A DNA stretch of 64,000 nucleotides from the human T2T-CHM13v2.0 reference genome, Homo sapiens, in assembly GCF_009914755.1 (NCBI RefSeq), contig NC_060942.1; one strand, 5' to 3'. This document shows positions 1 through 19,181 of the stretch, piece by piece. The notes beneath the pieces were generated by a model. The model ran no database searches. It was not told the origin of the DNA and worked only from the letters and a program-made list of their open reading frames with translations. Position 1 is the first letter of the stretch. The number at the start of each line of letters is the position of its first letter. The position numbers were made by a program, and so were the translations under genes.

Positions 1-258
1 GAAAACCAAACACCACACGTTCTCACTCATAGGTGGGAATTGAACAATGAGAACACTTGGGCACAGGGTGGGAAACATCACACACAGGGGCCTGCCATGG
101 GTTGGGGGGAGAGGGGAGGGATAGCATTAGGAGATACACCTAATGTAAATGACGAGTTAATGGGCACAGCGCACCAACATGGCACATGTATACATATGTA
201 ACAAACCTGCACATTGTGCACATGTACCCCAGAACTTAAAGTATAATAATAAAAAAAT
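1..258 (+). mobile_element. L1PA-type LINE-1 3' UTR end with A-rich tail
   Basis: Typical L1 3' end (ttctcactcataggtgggaattgaacaatgagaacac ... catgtaccccagaacttaaagtataataataaaaaaa). Confidence 0.9.
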
Positions 259-609
259 TAAAAGAATTTATTAAATTAATAAGAAAAACACTAAAACCTC
301 AATGAAAATAAATGGGTAAAAGGCACAACTAGACAATTCACTAAAAAAGAGATACAAGTGGATCATATGCATAAGAAAATTGTCCACCTTGATGAATAAT
401 CTAAAAAATTATACGACAAAACAACATACCTTTTGCTCATGAAATCAGCAAAGAGAATCACAGTTTGAGTACAATATTATAGAAACATTCACGTAGAGGC
501 TGAGTGGCAATGTCAATTGGTAAAACATTTTTGGAAAAGAATATGTTAATATTCAAGGAGAATACTAAAGAAGTTCATGCACTTTAACCCAAATTTATTA
601 ATTTTTATG

Positions 610-2452
<1,843 letters not shown>

Positions 2453-2708
2453 AAACCAAATTTCTTATGTAGGAATCAATCCCAAAGAAATAGTTGGAGA
2501 TCTGGCAGACTTTAACACAAAAATGTCTAGTAACATTGTTTTCATACCCCCAAAATAGAACATAAATGTCTGTTAATAAGGCGGCTAAATATCTTACAAT
2601 ATGTCTATTTGACAAAAAAAATCTATGCAGTTATTAAAACTATTTCAAAGAATGATGGTGGTTGGACATTTCCTAAAAATGTATATAAAGAGCAAAGAAG
2701 ATACTCAC

Positions 2709-2755
2709 CCTTGGAATAATGTAGGGTAGGTAAATTTCAAGACAGACAGCACATA
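2709..2755 (-). CDS. TMEM241: TMEM241 (SLC35D4) coding exon 2, YVLSVLKFTYPTLFQ-G
   Basis: Minus strand reads tttttcag|TAT GTG CTG TCT GTC TTG AAA TTT ACC TAC CCT ACA TTA TTC CAA GG|gtgagt. It is 47 nt and continues exon 1 in phase 0. The peptide matches the TMEM241 N-terminus as I recall it. Confidence 0.9.
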
Positions 2756-3608
2756 CTGAAAAACAAACACCAAATTACTGGACATTTCAAATGATAGAAA
2801 ACTGACAAACCATATAATCAAAGACATTTCTATTAAAAAACATAACCACATAACCTAAGTAAATTCAAGTTTTAAAAAGGCCATTATTCCCACCAAAATC
2901 ACAAACTGGGCAAACAAATGACCTCCCAAGTCATACTAAAGAAATTGAGCCGGCTGGGCACGGTGGCTCATGCCTGTAATCCCAGCACTTTGGGAGGGTG
3001 AGGCAGGCAGATCACAAGGTGAGGAGTTCGAGACCAGCCTGGCCAATATGGTGAAACCCCGTCTCTATTAAAAATACAAACATTAGCTGGGCGTGGTGGT
3101 GCGCACATGTAGTCCCAGTTACTCAGGAGGCTGAGGCAGAAGAATCGCTTGAACCTAGGAGGCAGAGGTTGCAGTGAGCAGAAATCACGCCACTGCACTC
3201 CAGCCTGGGCAACAAAGTGAGAGTATATCTCAAAAAAAAAAAAAAAAAAAAAAAAGTAAAGAAAAAGAAAAGAAAAAAGAGATTGAGCCACTTTTTCCCA
3301 GGGCTACCAGAAGCCTGGCTGCCTTTTAGTTGGTGAAATGGAGCTGGCATCATGAGCAAACATGGAAGCACAGCAGCTGGGTCTGATGTTATAGATGCTG
3401 GAACACTCAGCACCTTCCCAGATGTCAGAAATGTCACATTGTAACTGTAGCAGCCCCAGAGTCATTCAGACAAGTCCCTGGACACAGTCTGTTTTCTCAG
3501 GGTATCCACTTCATCTATGGTCCAGTTTACCTAAAAATCCAATCCTTTCTTTGTTTCTCTTCAAGTAAAATCACCTCCTAGTCTTTCTTTCCTTTGTTGT
3601 CCTTCAAT

Positions 3609-3721
3609 TTTTAGGGTTTTGTATGTCTTTTGTATTAAATGATTTTTTTTCAAACTAATTCTGCATTTTAGGATTTTGTATGTTGTTTGCATTAAATGAT
3701 TTTTTCAAACCAATTCTGCAT
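3609..3721. repeat. Tandem duplication of about 56-58 bp (2 copies)
   Basis: ttttagggttttgtatgtcttttgtattaaatgattttttttcaaactaattctgcat is followed by tttaggattttgtatgttgtttgcattaaatgattttttcaaaccaattctgcat. Confidence 0.85.
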
Positions 3722-4647
3722 AGGAGTCATAGTTTTTGCTGTGTTTTAGCATGTTACGGACTTTTTTTAAACCAACTCAGTTAAGGTCAATTTCTATTTC
3801 TCTTATGTATATTTATGTATATTAATTGAATTTACAGCACTTTATGAGTGAAGGAATTGTGTTTTATCCTTCTGGGTATCTTTTCCATTTTTTTCCTATT
3901 ATTGACCAAGTAGAATTTACTTTTTTAAGTCTAAAACCATTAAACGGCTTTAGGCAAGGACTCTGCTGATCCTTCACATGCTCTAAAAAAATGGAGTGGA
4001 CTGGTGCTGGGCAAGTTTATATATCTACTTTTTTCCCAGGGATTAGTCCACACAGAATTCCCCTTGTCTGAGCTCCTAAATGCCACAATTATGGCTAACT
4101 GCTTATGCGTTGTTCTACACTTCCTCTTCTTCCTTGAAATCTATTTACTACATAATTCAATATGCTCTTCCCTACTTTTCTGATATTTTTATTCTTATAT
4201 GGAGAAAAGGAAAGGATTAACTGAGCATCTGAGTCACAGCCTGAAATGCCCTTAACAAGCTTCATTATGACAATAAATATTTAGTTTACTGTGTGCTTAG
4301 CTTTGGCCTACATACTGGAGGAAATCAAAGATCCTGAAGCTCTTGCCTCACCTTGCTAAAGAACAGAGAAAAAAGAAACGCAATTCCTCACATCACTGAG
4401 AAGTGTTGCTCAGACAAAATGCTGTTCTATTGAACAGCAAAGCCCTAGCAATGAGGTTCTTGAGGAAAGAGAAGGAGCCCCATGCGCGGTGGCTCATGCC
4501 TGTAATCCCAACACTTTGGGAAGCCGAGGCGGGAGGATCACAAGGTCAGGAGTTCGAGACCAGCCTGACCAACATAGTGAAACCCCGTCTCTACTAAAAA
4601 TACAAAAATTAGCCGGGCGTGGTGGTATGCGCCTGTAACCCCAGCTA

Positions 4648-5112
<465 letters not shown>

Positions 5113-5975
5113 TTATGCTTATTATCCACTTGTAACTCTTTTCTTTTTTTTTTTGAGATGGAGTCTTGCTCTGTCACCCAGGCTGGAATGTAATGATGCA
5201 ATCTTGGCTCACTGCAACCTTTGCCTCCCAGTTCAAGTGGTGTTCCTGCCTCAGCCTCCCAAGTAGCCATGACTACAGGCACGCACCACCATGCCCAGCT
5301 AATTTTTGGCTACTCTCGAACTCCTGACCTCAGATGATCCACCTGTCTTGGTCTCTCAAAGTGCTGGGATTACAGGCATGAGCCACTGTGCCTGGCCTTG
5401 TATCTCTTTTTTCAGTGAATTGTCTACTTCTGCTGTTTACCCATTTATTTTCACTGAGGTTTTAGTATTTATTAATTTAATAAATTCTTTGTATTTTACA
5501 GATGCCAACCACTTGTCCAGAACAGAAATGAACTTTGCCTCTGAGCTGAAGGCTCAATTGCTATGAGGGGAAGAAGGACAGCTGGCTGCCTAGGGCCTGA
5601 TTACAGCTGGAACCTCCCAAAGGATGGAGGAACACGTCATCAGCCAGGGCCAGCCCAGGCCACCAAGCCAGAGCTCAAGGGTGTGGTGCTTTCTCCTCTC
5701 TCCCTACCTAGGGCAGCTTCCTTTGACAGCACACTTGCTGCTTCAAACTTCTAACAAATATCGACCATTCTTTCAAACAATAGAAGGGGGTCAGAATGAG
5801 CTATATAAGATCTTTTTCAAAAGAATTTTCTTTCTACGAATAAATAGGAGAACTGCTGAAGGAGAAAATTACACTAAAAAAAATGGAAATAAACTGAAAT
5901 GGAGGCTTCAAAAAACTAGAAGAGAGCATCCTCTACTTTAGACAAAAAAAAAACTTCACTAATTCAAAAGAAAAT

Positions 5976-6082
5976 TAATGTGGCAGAGAAATTACATGCT
6001 CTCTGCCACATTAGAGTACAATATGCTCATAATAGAATATGCTCATAGTAGGATATGCTCATAGTAGAATGAATATGCTCAT
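5976..6082. repeat. Perfect 14-bp inverted repeat (5976-5989 / 6000-6013) followed by about 4 copies of a ~16-bp unit (aatatgctcatagtag)
   Basis: taatgtggcagaga-aattacatgc-tctctgccacatta, then atatgctcat four times between about 6021 and 6082. Confidence 0.85.
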
Positions 6083-6664
6083 GGGGTGTCCACTGCAGAT
6101 TTCTTCCCAGTTGGCCTCTACTTAGTCCAAGCCGACCCACCCAGCCTTGGTTACCAGAAGGGAGCATCACCATCCTGCTTGAGAAGATGAAACAATGGCC
6201 ATAAAAGGTTCAAGCTTATAAGAGATATAAAGTTCCTCACCAGAGTCCCATAATGTACAACCTACCTGGCTCTCCCATCTCCTCTCCTCCACTCTCGAGC
6301 TCACCTCCTCCTCCCTCTGTAGACAATCTCCTTGGTCTCCCCTTCTTTCCTGCCTTCTGCTGTTCTTGACCTACTCTTTCCACTAGCTCTGACACTTCCC
6401 AACATCCCCAAGCCAAAGCATTCCAAACCATTGTATTTACATTCTCGGGACCCTTGGTCAGCTACGATTTCGATTATTCAGATTATATATTCCTGGGACC
6501 AAACAATTTGGTTTAATTTCATCTAATACGTAGATGCATTATGCACATGGAAGGTATTTTGTCCTTTTATTAAATTTGTTGGCTGGGCACAGTGGCTTAT
6601 ACCTATAATCCCAGCATTTGGGAGGCCAAGGCAAGGTGGGCAGATCGCTTGAGCCCAGGAGTTA

Positions 6665-7247
<583 letters not shown>

Positions 7248-8761
7248 TTAGAAAAGAAAAGAAAGAAAGAAAATGTACATCCAAAGAGGGGCATAAATTT
7301 CTATGAACTAAATGCTATTTGTCTGCTTTTTTTTTGCTTAGATAAAATGTTTTTTATCTAACCAATGCCATGGCTCATGGGCTTTCATGACAGATGTGTT
7401 AATCTACCCCTTCTAGTGATTATGTGGAAATAAAAGAAAGGTTATTCTGTTTTAAAGTAAAATTTTATCATTATATCCATCAGGTTCGCTAGACAAATTA
7501 GAAGAGTTAAATTGAAAAAGCCAGAGATTTCACAAATTCACAAATTTCTGAATAGGTGCTACAAAAAACAAACAAACAAACAAACAAGCAAACCAAAAAA
7601 ACTGCTTTTAGTTTAGCTACTTGTCCCATGAGAAGAAAACAAATCTGTTAAAAGTTACTAATTACTGTCACAGTATAAACAAAAGATTGTCCTTTTCTTC
7701 CAGAGTAACGACCGTTTATCTTATAGTTTGCCACAATGGCAAGCACTAGGCCACCTACCTTACAAACATCATTTCTTTTGTTGTTGTTCAGACGAAGTCT
7801 GGCTCTATTGCCCAGGCTGCAGGCGCAGTGGCGTGATCTCCACTCACTGCAACCTCCGCCTCCCTGGCTCAGGAGATTCTCATGCCTCAGCCTCCTGAGT
7901 AGCTGGGATTACAGGTGCCCACCACCATGCCTGGCTAATTTTTGTGTTTTTAGTAGAGATGGGGTTTCACCATATTTACCAGGCTGGTCTCAAACTCCTG
8001 ATTTCAAGCGATCCGCTCACCTCAGCCTCCCAAAGTGCTCGGATTACAGGCCTGAGCCACTGTGCCTGGCCAACACCATTTCCATTAACTCTCACAACAA
8101 CACTTTCTCTTTTTTTTTTTTTTTTTTTTGAAACTGAGTCTTGCTCTGTTGCCCAGGCTGGAATGCGATCTCGGCTCACTACAACCTCCGCCTCTCAGGT
8201 TCAAGTGATTCTCCTACCTCAGCCACCTGAGTAGCTGGAATTACAGGCGCCTGCCACCACGCCTGGCTAATTTTTGTATTTTCAGTAGAGACGGGGTTTC
8301 GCCATGCTGGCCAGGCTGGTTTCGAACTCCTGGCCTCAAACAATCCACCCGCCTCGGCCTCCCAAAGTGCTGGGATTACAGGCGTGAGCCACCACGCCCG
8401 GCCACAACAACAATTTCAAGAGGACTCTTTGTCCCATCTTAAAGTTAAGAAACTTAGGTTTAGAAAGAGTAAGGTTCCAAACGCCAAGTAAGTGGAGCCA
8501 GGAAGTAAAACCCATCACTGCCTCCCAGGAAGGCTGCATTTATGGACCTTCAAAGGCTTATCGCCATAACTAAAAATCAACTGGAGGCCAGGCGCAGTGG
8601 CTCACACCTGTAATCTCAGCATTTTGGAAGGCTGAGGCATGCGGATCACCTGAGGTCAGGAGTTCGAGACCAGCCTGGACAACATGGTGAAACCCCGTCT
8701 CTACTAAAAATACAAAAATTAGCCCAGCGTGGTGGCGCACACCTGTAGCCCCAGCTACTCA

Positions 8762-8860
<99 letters not shown>

Positions 8861-9779
8861 CTATCTCAAAAAAATAAAAATAAAAATCAACTGGAGAAGG
8901 AAAGGGGGTTGGGGAGCATCCTCTGAATATATAAAGGCAGCCATTCATTGTAGGAGAGGAGGTAGAAGGAAATGCTGTTTGTCGATGGTTCTTTTCCAGA
9001 GAGGAAGAGAGGAGAAAGGAAGAGCGGGGAGCAGGTGGGGAGCCCGCAGTAAGACCCCACAGTGGGGCCAGGTGGTCTTGCACCCTGTATTCCCACTTTG
9101 GCTGGGGCCAGCCCAGAGTCCAGGCCAGCAGGTAATGCCCCAGCCATGCCCACTCGGTCCTATTGGATCCAACCTTTCCCTGCGTGGTACCAAACCTAAA
9201 GCCAGCTTCCCTCTCCTTGCAAAACAAAACCCCAAAGCTGGCACCACTGCTTCTCTGCCTCCTCACCAAAAGGTTTTCATGATGTCATGACATTAGTTTA
9301 AACCTAAAACTAAATGTATGTTTTATTTTAAAAAATAATAATTCCATGAAAAACTCCTGAAGTGCTTACAATGGAGACGTACAAAAAAATTGATTCGGGA
9401 ATCAGCAGTGTGAGGGGGAGACGGCTTAATCTCTTCTATTTAAAGGCTTCTGGAACTTCACGGGGGCTCTGGGACAGGGGCGTGTTTAGAAAAAAGGCAG
9501 GATGTGTCAGATTTCTTCTGACTCTTCCTCCCCGGGGGAGCAGGAGCCAATTGCTTGCTTTCTCTTAAAACTAGTCCACACAGCCCCAAACCAAGTTCCC
9601 GGGAAATGGCCAGCCCAAAAATCCTGTTTCCCTGGAGATGTACCGTGCTTTACAGTGCAGGAAACGGGGACAGTACAGGCTGGCAAATCCTATTTCTGAA
9701 AGAGCATCCCACACACGGAGGAGGTTCGCTCTCCATCTCCATCGCCACCAGGAAGAATGAGGTAAAAAGCAGGAGGAGG

Positions 9780-10125
9780 CTCCGTTTGTCACGGGAAGAT
9801 TCTCCGACTCAAACCTCCCACGTGCAATCGCTGCCTCCCGCGCCCGCCCCCTCACCTTGTTCGTGAGGTAAGAAGCCAGGTAGCAGGTACAAAAGGTGAG
9901 GCCGACCAGAGACCTCCTCACGCACATCTGTCAACTCGTCCCCTTTCCGGGGATCCACGGTGCCTGCCCAAATCCCCTGGCCGCCGCCCGACCCCCGCAG
10001 CAGCAGCAGCGGCAGCGGCAGCAGCCGCCCAGAGACGGCCACGTGGCTCCGAGCTCCGCCAATCAGCGCGGGGACCGCCCCCGGCGTCTGCCTTCTTAAA
10101 GGGGCCGCGCCCTCGAAGGACGGTC
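9780..10125 (-). promoter_or_regulatory. TMEM241: CpG island / promoter and 5' UTR of TMEM241
   Basis: High GC and CpG density, palindromic E-box ccacgtgg at 10039-10046, CCAAT at about 10059, GC boxes (ccgccc), and an interrupted CAG/CGG triplet tract at about 9997-10030. Confidence 0.8.
9856..9927 (-). CDS. TMEM241: TMEM241 (SLC35D4) coding exon 1, MCVRRSLVGLTFCTCYLASYLTNK; nucleotide-sugar transporter family
   Basis: ATG at 9927(-), 24 codons, then donor AAG|gtgagg at 9855. The exon lies in a CpG-rich region and the peptide is recognised as the TMEM241 N-terminus. Confidence 0.92.
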
Positions 10126-11057
10126 ATTCTTCTTTTATTTTTTATTTTTTATTTTTTTATCTTCTTTTAAAGAGTAGAAAGTGGCAGAAGAGGAAAAAAG
10201 CATACCGCAGTTCACAATACCCCATCAGTGTTTAAAGAAAAATGTTCATCGCTATCTCTAAACTATGAGACCAAAATATTACCCGTGCTTCACTGAATTT
10301 TCCCAATTTTCTCCACTGAGTCTGTAGCGCTTTGGCAAATGACACAAAAAAGGTAACAGCAACAAATGTTCACTTAAAAGAGGGAAGGTGAAGGAAGAAG
10401 GAACTGGAATTGAGTATAGGTTTTTTGAGTTTTGTTTGTATTTAAAGTCATTCCATTCTCTTGACATTTCTATAAAATAAGAACCCTTTCCCAAGCACAG
10501 CCCCTATTCCTATTCCTATTCCTAGTCTATAGGGTGGAAAACTGGACTCATGAGGCTTCCGGCAAATGTTAGTAAACATGCAAGAAAACCTATTGATGGA
10601 CTTGGACAATAGCAAAAAGTGCCAGTGTTCTCTGCCTGTAGAAACACACAGATTTTCAGAAACACCCACACACGGGGAAACCATCACTCTTAAGCCACAG
10701 CAAAAGTCCTCCTGGGTCTCGGTGCTGGAGCAGTGGATGGAAAACGACACACCAACCCTTATGTAATTTTTCTGTTTTTCAGAAGCATGCCTTGTTTCTC
10801 TCTGCTCCCTCCAGCATTGAGGGAGGGCTGACCTCGGCTTGTCCCCTTGAAGCCACTCCCCAGCCACCACTGTCTCATCGCAGTCCTTTGCCTCTGCTCA
10901 CTTTTCCACAGGTCTCTTCCTGGGCCTGCTGGTTGGTCTGCAGAGGGGACCAACATAGAGATGGAGGTAGGCTGGTCACCCCTTCCCTCCCTTTTCTCCC
11001 ACAGTCTCCTTCAAACCACTTGTACAGATGGGTATAGCTTTCTCTACCAAGACTGGA

Positions 11058-11419
11058 TGATATGGTTTGGCTGTGTCCCCAAATCTCATCTTGAATGGTA
11101 GCTTTCATAATTCCCACATGTTATGGGAAGGACCTGGTGGCAGATAATTGAATCATGGGGGCAGTTTCCCCCATATTCGTCTCGTGGTAGTGAATAAGTC
11201 TCCCCAGAGCTGATGGTCTTATAAGGGGAAACCCCTTTCGCTTGGCTCTCATTTTTTCTCTCTTGCCTGCCACCATGTAAGACGTGCCTTTTGCCTTCCA
11301 CCATGATTATGAAGCCTCCCCAGCCCCGTGGAACTGTGAGTCCATTAAACCTCTTTTTCTTTATAAATTACCAAGTCTCGGGTAAGTCTTTATCAGCAGC
11401 GTGAAAACAGACTAGTACA
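11058..11419 (+). mobile_element. THE1-type (ERVL-MaLR) solo LTR
   Basis: Starts tgatatggtttggctgtgtcccc and ends gtgaaaacagactagtaca, with an internal attaaa. Near-TSD ctgga/ctggg. Confidence 0.9.
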
Positions 11420-11708
11420 CTGGGTTATTAAAAAGCAAAAATACAGAACAGGAAGAGAGGAGATGAAGCTTCAAATGCACTAAATTTTCCTCTCCATAGA
11501 AATAAAATCATGTAAGAAGTTAACACTTCACAAGGAGGCCCCTTCACAAGCCTACACTCGCTTCTCACCTATCACTCTTGCCCCAGAGTTTGTGTCTCCC
11601 TCTCCAAAACACCAATCTTTAACGACAATTTAAAAAGATCATTGTGGCCAGGCGCGGTGGCTCATGCCTGTAATCCCAGCACTTTGGGAGGCCGAGGCAA
11701 GCAGATCA

Positions 11709-11978
<270 letters not shown>

Positions 11979-12708
11979 TTATAAAAGAAAAATTAGCAAA
12001 CCAATACCACACTCTTAACCACTCACATAACCAATACCAACAGGTTGGTGTATCCTTCTACACCTTCCTCCGTATTCACATATCAACATATACCCATTTG
12101 TAATTTGTTGCCTCACGAAAATGGATCTAGCTATTCACATTGCTAAACAACTTACTTTTACAACTACAGGTCAACACATAGAGATTTAATTTTTTAAAAA
12201 AGCTGCAGGCATTCCATAGTATGGATATACCGTAATGTATTCAACCATTCTGCTGTTGACATAATTATGTTGTTTCTAGTCTTTTGCTACAACAAACAAG
12301 GCTATAATAAACATCTTTGTACATATGTCTTTACCTCCTGCTGGTTTAATTTCTGTAGAATAGATTCCCAACAGGAGGATTGCAGAATCACAGCGTGTGT
12401 GTATTTTCTTAAATCATTACTTTCCACTTCCCTTTACTTTCTGCCTGTGGGAATCCTACTTACATCTAGCTCTTCTCAAGCACTTCAGGCATAACTTATT
12501 CTCCTCTCTTTTCCAGTACTACTTTTTAATACGTATTACAATAATTAGCATCTTACGCTTTTTCCATATTGTGGTTCATGAAGAAAATGATAGTATTTGT
12601 TCAGAGCCCCAGGCCAAATTGCTGACACTGCTTAGAGTCTGAAATGCTTCCAGGCCTCCCTGAAGTTGAGGAGGAACTCCTGTAACTCTTGCCCAGCCAC
12701 ACCAGTTA

Positions 12709-12855
<147 letters not shown>

Positions 12856-12938
12856 TTAGCTGGGCATGGTGGAGTGTGCCTGTAATCCCAACACTTTGGG
12901 AGGCCAAGGTGGGCAGATCACCTGAGGTCAGGAGTTCA

Positions 12939-13241
<303 letters not shown>

Positions 13242-13752
13242 CTATGCTTAGCTCAGTGCCTTACACAAACTAGGTACACTGATAAAGGCATGTTGAAGGA
13301 ATCTATCAACTGAATGAATGCATCAATGAAGTGATGTAGGAATGGGATTTTAAAATGTCAAATAGCATGGAACACATATAATACCAAAAAGGCCTGGAAT
13401 CCATAACACAAAAGACACCTACAGTCACCAGCTTGCCACATGGACATCAAACAACCTCACAGGAGACTGCCTTTAAAGGGATATTGCTATTAAGAGGATA
13501 ACGACTATAGCAAATGAGTAACTTAAATTGCATTGGCAGAAACACTTTTGTTGGTAAACTTCTTTGCTAGTTGTTATTGCTTTGTTTCACTATTGTCCAG
13601 GCTTTGTACAGTGTTGCCTAAAAAGTAATGAGTATGCCAATTCAGTTCCTAATTAAAGGTATTCATACTATATTGAGTTTAATCACACTTCTGTTATATA
13701 TTATTATCAAAGAAATCTAATCATTCTTTTCTTTTTTTTTCCTTTGAGGTGA

Positions 13753-13851
<99 letters not shown>

Positions 13852-14426
13852 TGAGTAGCCAGACTACAGGCACATGCTACCATGCCCAGCTAATTTTTGT
13901 ATTTTTTGTAGAGATGAACTTTTGCCATGTCGCCCAGGCTGGTATTGAACTCCTGGACTCAAGCCGTCCACCTGCCTTGGCCTCCCAAAGTGCTGGGATT
14001 ACAGGCGTGAGCCACCGTGCCCAGCCAAAATCTAATAGTTCTAATATAAGATTGTATTATTTAGCTATTTAATTTTATTTTAAAGTGTCAAAAAATAGGC
14101 AGAATGTGAAATTGGTTTCTGATCAAATGCAGAAATGCTAGTGGAGTGGTATGTATAAACGTATGTGATGGAATTATTAACATTGTTTCCAGACATGTGG
14201 GGTCGGGGGCGGATTCCAATGGCTTCAAAACAGAGAAGAAATTGGAAAGAAGCTGAGAGACTACATTAGTTAGGATATTTTCTAGTGTAAGTCAGAGAAC
14301 TTCTAACACATATTGGCTCAAATGATAAGAATACATTGATTCATGTAACTGAAAAGTCCAGATAGATCAGGCTTCAAGTATAGTTTGGTCCAGGTATTCA
14401 ACAATACCTGGGGTATCACCAAGAAC

Positions 14427-14552
14427 TAGGGTGACCATGGATCCTGATTTGCCTAAAACACTTCTGATTTATGCTTTTGTCCTAGCATAATTATTAACAG
14501 CACCCCTTTCATTCCTACAAGTGTCTTGGTTTGGATGATAAATGGTCACCAA
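14427..14552. mobile_element. MER94-like hAT-Blackjack MITE inserted in an old MLT1-like LTR
   Basis: Termini tagggtgacca ... tggtcacc. 8-bp TSD ccaagaac at 14419-14426 and 14553-14560. Confidence 0.75.
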
Positions 14553-15428
14553 CCAAGAACTTAGTTTCTTCCTACCCTTGGCTCTGCTTTCCAGGGCGCC
14601 TGGGTTCTCATGTGATTACTGCTGCCAGAGGAACCAGGGCTACCTGTGGCTCATTCAGCTTCAGAATGAGAATTTCTCTTCCCCCATTCAACAAACAACA
14701 AGCCTGTGGTTCCTTAAAATTAGACCATCTCAGGACAAATGCCTACCCGGAAACAATCACTGTATATAAGATAATTTAGACTTCTTTAGTTACATGATTA
14801 AAATTTACAAAATTATTTAGAGATTGTATAGCCAGCAAATAAAGAACTAATTATTTGTTTTCCCTAAGTAAACTGCTTATCAAACTATATTATCCAAGCA
14901 AACACCAGATATATCATCTCTACATCAAAGGTAAATAAACCTCTGGAAAAGATAAATACAGCTTAAATCAGATAAATAGCATAAAGCATAAATCAGATAA
15001 AGAGTTATTTTTCCTTGAAGTTACTTTAGGAAACTTATTTCAGAGCTAAAGTGTCCTTACAAAGAAATTTTTTGCCCAGTAGAATTTTCTTGAAATCAAT
15101 GGTTCGTATTTACCTGAGATTTCTCTGAGCTCTTTCAGTAGAAGAGCAAATTCAATTCAGGCCTTATTATTTCCCAATCATTGCTTAACTTGTTTTCTTT
15201 TACAAATTTTGCTTATCAAGCGGGAACAACCAGAACAGTGAGTCATGAAAATTGATACTGACATTAGCAGTAAAAGTGCTGAAAGATATTGCCAGAGGTA
15301 TTGATTTTTCCAAAGCTGTATTATTCTGTTCCAGAAACAAAGACTGAATTAAAACAAAATCAGCAGATTTTACATTGACGAACCATAGCTGTTAATGTGA
15401 GATTGAGGTAAACTTGCTATGCACATGA

Positions 15429-15728
<300 letters not shown>

Positions 15729-15731
15729 TGA

Positions 15732-15911
<180 letters not shown>

Positions 15912-16269
15912 TAATTTTTTTTTTTAGTAGAGACGAGGTTTCACCGTGTTAGCCAGGATGGTCTCGATCTCCTAACCTGGAGATCCGCCCGCCTCGGCCT
16001 CCCAAAGTGCTGGAATTACAGGCGTGAGCCACCGCGCCCCGCCCATTAATTTTTTTGATAATATATTCATAAATGCTCAATAAATGTTTATTGAATGAAA
16101 AAAGAGGGAAGCTTGGATAAAACAATGGCTTGTGGGATTTTTCCCCCACAAATCTTTTTTTAATAATAAATTTTTATGATAGCACACATGCAGAATTCTC
16201 AAAAGATGACAGAAGCAGTAGCACACATTTTGAAACTCCTTAAATCACCCTTAAAAAACAGAGAGAATA

Positions 16270-17948
<1,679 letters not shown>

Positions 17949-18932
17949 TTAAAAAAGTAGCCAGGTGTGGTGGCGCACACCTCCCAGTTACTCAGGAGGC
18001 TGAAGCAAGAGAATTGCTTGAGCCTAGGAGGTCAAGGCTGTTGTGAGCCATGATTGTGCCACTGCACTCCAACCTGGGTGACACAGCAAGACTCTGTCTC
18101 AAAATAAATAAATAAAAATAATTTTCCTTTTGTTTATCCCTTATAGTCGATCATTATATATCAATTTTAAAAGATACTATGCAGTAAAGGGAGCAAAACA
18201 AAATCTTTGTTGTTAAAAATGGCAATGGGTTAGATAGGCTTAAGAACTGCTGAGTCCCAGCTGACCCTAACTGAACCATATCTGTAACATTTCATCTAAT
18301 AATCTTATGAAACTACTCAGCAGTCACTAAATATACTATGGGCTTTCCTGCCCCTATGCCTAGTCTTAGGCTGTTCTTCCACCCAAACTAGCGTTACAGC
18401 TTCTCCCCAGCGTTCATGACCTACTTTGGTGCCACGCAGCCTTTCCAGATCTCACTACCCCACAATGAATCCTGAAATGTTTGTGTCTATAGCTGTCATT
18501 TGGAAATAAATCATGCACTCTTTGAGATAGAGGTGTTGTATTGTTATTTAATGTTATTGTGTGACTATTGTTATCTCTCCAAGTGCAATCTCACAGTTCT
18601 TTGTTTTTCCCAAAGGACTGGGGGCATCCTAGGTAGTTAATAGATAGTTGTTCATTGCCTGAAACAGCTATTTGCAGAATAGACTTATTTCAATATTAAA
18701 AACTAAAGAGCCTTATTTCTGTTCTCTTTAGAGACCAAAGAATCTGCTGATTCATGTGTTTAGACAGGGCAGATTCTCAAATAGTTTTGTTCCTGCTGAG
18801 AACCAGTGAGTTTGGCTGGGTGCGGTGGGTTACGCCTGTCATCCAAGTACTTTGGGAGGTCGAGGCAGGCAGATCACGAGGTCAGGAGATCGAGACCATC
18901 CTGGCTAACACGGTGAAACCCCATCTCTACTA

Positions 18933-19181
<249 letters not shown>

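Noticed and set aside
6020-6082. Short repeated units resembling a CRISPR-like array
   Set aside because: No unique spacers, no cas genes, and a mammalian context. It is a simple tandem repeat.
9571-9855. Extension of the TMEM241 ORF past exon 1
   Set aside because: It runs through a strong gtgag donor into intron 1. The true frame continues at 2755.
10448-11117. Several non-repeat ORFs upstream of TMEM241
   Set aside because: No recognisable homology or splice structure. They overlap on both strands as expected by chance.
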